DNA of 64,000 nucleotides from NCBI GenBank assembly GCA_030141605.1, contig JAQGDQ010000724.1, positions 1 to 64,000 of the forward strand, written 5' to 3'. Position 1 is the stretch's first letter, and each line of letters opens with the position of its first letter. Source of the DNA: Tubiluchus corallicola (Eukaryota > Animalia > Priapulida). Position numbers and translations under genes: made by a program. Under the pieces are notes generated by a model. That model made no database searches, had not been told where the DNA came from, and saw only the letters and a list, made by a program, of their open reading frames with translations. Shown here piece after piece: positions 61,273 to 64,000 of this stretch.

Positions 61273-61737
61273 CCCTAACCCAAACCCTAATCCTAACCCT
61301 AACCCTAACCCTAAATTAAACCTTAACCCTAACCCTAACCCTAACGCTAATCCTAACCTTAACCCAACCCTAATCTTAACCCAGCCCTAACCCTAACCTT
61401 AAGCCTAACCCTAACCTTAACCCTAATCCTAACCTTAACCCTAATCCTAACCTTAACCCTAACCTTAATCCTAACCCTAACCTTAATCCTAACCCTAACC
61501 TTAACCCTAACCCAACCCTAACCCTAACACTAATCCTAATGCCAACCGTAACCCTAAGACAACACCAACCCGTAACGTTAGCCTTAACCGTAATGCCAAC
61601 CCTAACTCTAACCCTAATCCTAACCTTAATCCAAACCCTAACCCAACCCCAACCCTAACTCTAACCCTAATCCTAACATTAAGCCCAACCCTAACTCTAA
61701 CCCTAACCCAACCCCAACCCTAACTCTAACCCTAAAC
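61273..61737. repeat. Degenerate interstitial telomere-like repeat (CCCTAA)n
   Basis: ~465 bp of CCCTAA with CCTTAA, TCCTAA and CCCAA variants. Confidence 0.93.
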
Positions 61738-62306
61738 CGTATGATGATCTAATTTCTTGCTGAATCATAGACTTTGGCCAAACACGTTATAAAAAGTCTC
61801 ACACAAATCACTTTTCTATAACCTGACTGAACAGATGAACTGAGCTTAAATGCTTAATAGCGAGTTTGGGTTGCATTCTGCACTAGTGGGTGATATTTGA
61901 GAGAGTCCAAGTCCGCCACATTTTCTTGCTGAATGAGTACTACTCCTGCTTGCTGGGCTTCTGCCCGAGTGATTCCCCTGTTAGTTCAATTTACAAAATC
62001 AATGTAAGCAAATACCGTGTTCTTGGTAACACAAACACATGTATACTCATGCGGCGGAAAAATGTGTCGAAGCTATAAACGTAGTATAAAAATAAAATAA
62101 AAAACAATTAAAAATTATTACAACTGTTGTTACAGACACTTGCGTATAAGCACCAAAAATTTGAAGTCATTTCTGCATATTTTTTCAAAGATACTGAAGT
62201 TCCAAAGCAACAAGTCAAAAAAAGTAACAAACGCGGGAAAACTGAGTGTCACTTTGCTAAAATTTACAGCAGGTGTTTTATGTGTCCGCCATTTTCTGAG
62301 TCCGCC

Positions 62307-63790
62307 AAGTATTTTGTTCTGAGGATGAATTAAACTGAATTACAAAAGTATTTTGTTCTGAGGATGAATTAAACTGAATTACAAAAGTATTTTGTTCTGA
62401 GGATGAATTAAACTGAATTACAAAAGTATTTTTTCTGAGGATGAGTTAAACGAAATTACCAAAATATTTTGTTCTGAGGATGAGTTAAACTGAATTGCAA
62501 AAGTATTTTGTTCTGAGGATGAGTTAAACGAAATTACAAAAGTATTTTGTTTTGAGGATGAATTAAACTGAATTACAAAAGTATTTTGTTCTGAGTATGA
62601 GTTAAACTAAATTACAAAAGTATTGTGTTCTGAGGATGAATTAAACTGAATTACAAACGTATTATGTTCTGAGGATGAACTAAACTGAATTACAAAAGTA
62701 TTTTGTTCTGAGGATGAATTAAACTGAATTACAAAAGTATTTTTTCTGAGGATGAGTTAAACGAAATTACCAAAATATTTTGTTCTGAGGATGAGTTAAA
62801 CTAAATTGCAAAAGTATTATGTTCTGAGGATGAACTAAACTGAATTACAAAAGTATTTTGTTCTGAGGATGAGTTAAACTGAATTACAAAAATATTTTGT
62901 TCTGAGGATGAGTTAAACTGAATTACAAAAGTATTTTGTTCTGAAGATGAATTAAACTAAATTACAAAAGTATTTTGTTCTTAGGATGAGTTAAACTAAA
63001 TTGCAAAAGTATTTTGTTTTGAGGATGAATTAAACTGAATTACAAAAGTATTTAGTTCTTAGGATGAGTTAAACTAAATTGCAAAAGTATTTTGTTTTGA
63101 GGATGAATTAAACTGAATTGCAAAAGTATTTTGTTCTGAGGATGAGTTAAACTAAATTACAAAACTATTTTGTTCTGAGGATGAGTTAAACTGAACTGCA
63201 AACGTATTATGTTCTGAGGATGAACTAAACTGAATTACAAAAGTATTTTGTTCTGAGGATGAATTAAACTGAATTACAAAAGTATTTTTTCTGAGGATGA
63301 GTTAAACGAAAATACCAAAATATTTTGTTCTGATGATGAGTTAAACTAAATTACAAAAGTAATTTGTTTTGAGGATGAATTAAACTGAATTATAAAAGTA
63401 TTTTTTCTGAGGATGAGTTAAACGAAAATACCAAAATATTTTGTTCTGATGATGAGTTAAACTAAATTACAAAAGTATTTTGTTTTGAGGATGAATTAAA
63501 CTGAATTACAAAAGTATTTTGTTCTGATTATGAGTTAAACTAAATTACAAAAGTATTTTGTTCTGAGGATGAATTAAACTGAATTACAAAAGTATTTTGT
63601 TTTGAGGATGAATTAAACTGAATTACAAAAGTATTTTGTTCTGAGGATGAATTAAACTAAATTACAAAAGTATTTTGTTTTGAGGATGAATTAAACTGAA
63701 TTACAAAAGTATTTTGTTCTGAAGATGAATTAAACTGAATTGCAAAAGTATTTTGTTCTTACTTGACTTTAACTGAATTATAAATGTATT
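62307..63790. repeat. 39-bp minisatellite, ~38 copies
   Basis: AAGTATTTTGTTCTGAGGATGARTTAAACTGAATTACAA; CTGAGGA at 62319, 62358 and onward. Confidence 0.96.
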
Positions 63791-64000
63791 TTGTTTGGAA
63801 GATAAGTTACAACGATAGGCCAACTGGCTATGCTTCTCTTAGGCGTTTTTTCTTTTACTAAAATAAGCTTGGTTCCCCGGGTATTTCCATTTCTATTATT
63901 AAAAATAAACATGTTCACAATGATAACTTTTATAAACATAAAAAGATAAAGTTATATGTGTATATTAAAGCCGTCAAAATAATTTCTTGTTACTGCAAAC

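Overview
This is AT-rich animal (invertebrate) genomic DNA, not prokaryotic. The evidence is GT-AG introns and degenerate (TTAGGG)n repeats; the species cannot be identified from the sequence. From left to right: (1) two abutting satellite arrays, at 1-1.83 kb (415-bp higher-order unit rich in CCCACATGTGGG palindromes) and 1.84-16.9 kb (428/445/456-bp unit variants); (2) decayed L2 and CR1-like LINE ends; (3) a complete 18-coding-exon PERK/EIF2AK3 gene on + (19861-41953, 1029 aa by manual splicing, all intron phases compatible), with a UPRE-like site plus CCAAT box upstream, an overlapping upstream ORF, and introns holding a Penelope-like fragment with a decayed hammerhead motif, an RTE fragment, MITEs and a solo LTR; (4) a degenerate Mag-type Gypsy retrotransposon with ~84-bp LTRs (43.67-48.34 kb); (5) several minisatellites, one split by a second solo LTR; (6) a short secreted collagen gene (57555-60748); (7) interstitial telomere-like repeats and a 39-bp minisatellite. 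I cannot demonstrate a wholly new biological system. The best leads are the possible feedback architecture at the PERK 5' end, the domain-less short collagen, and hammerhead-like motifs in repeats. All calls are by eye; no searches were run.
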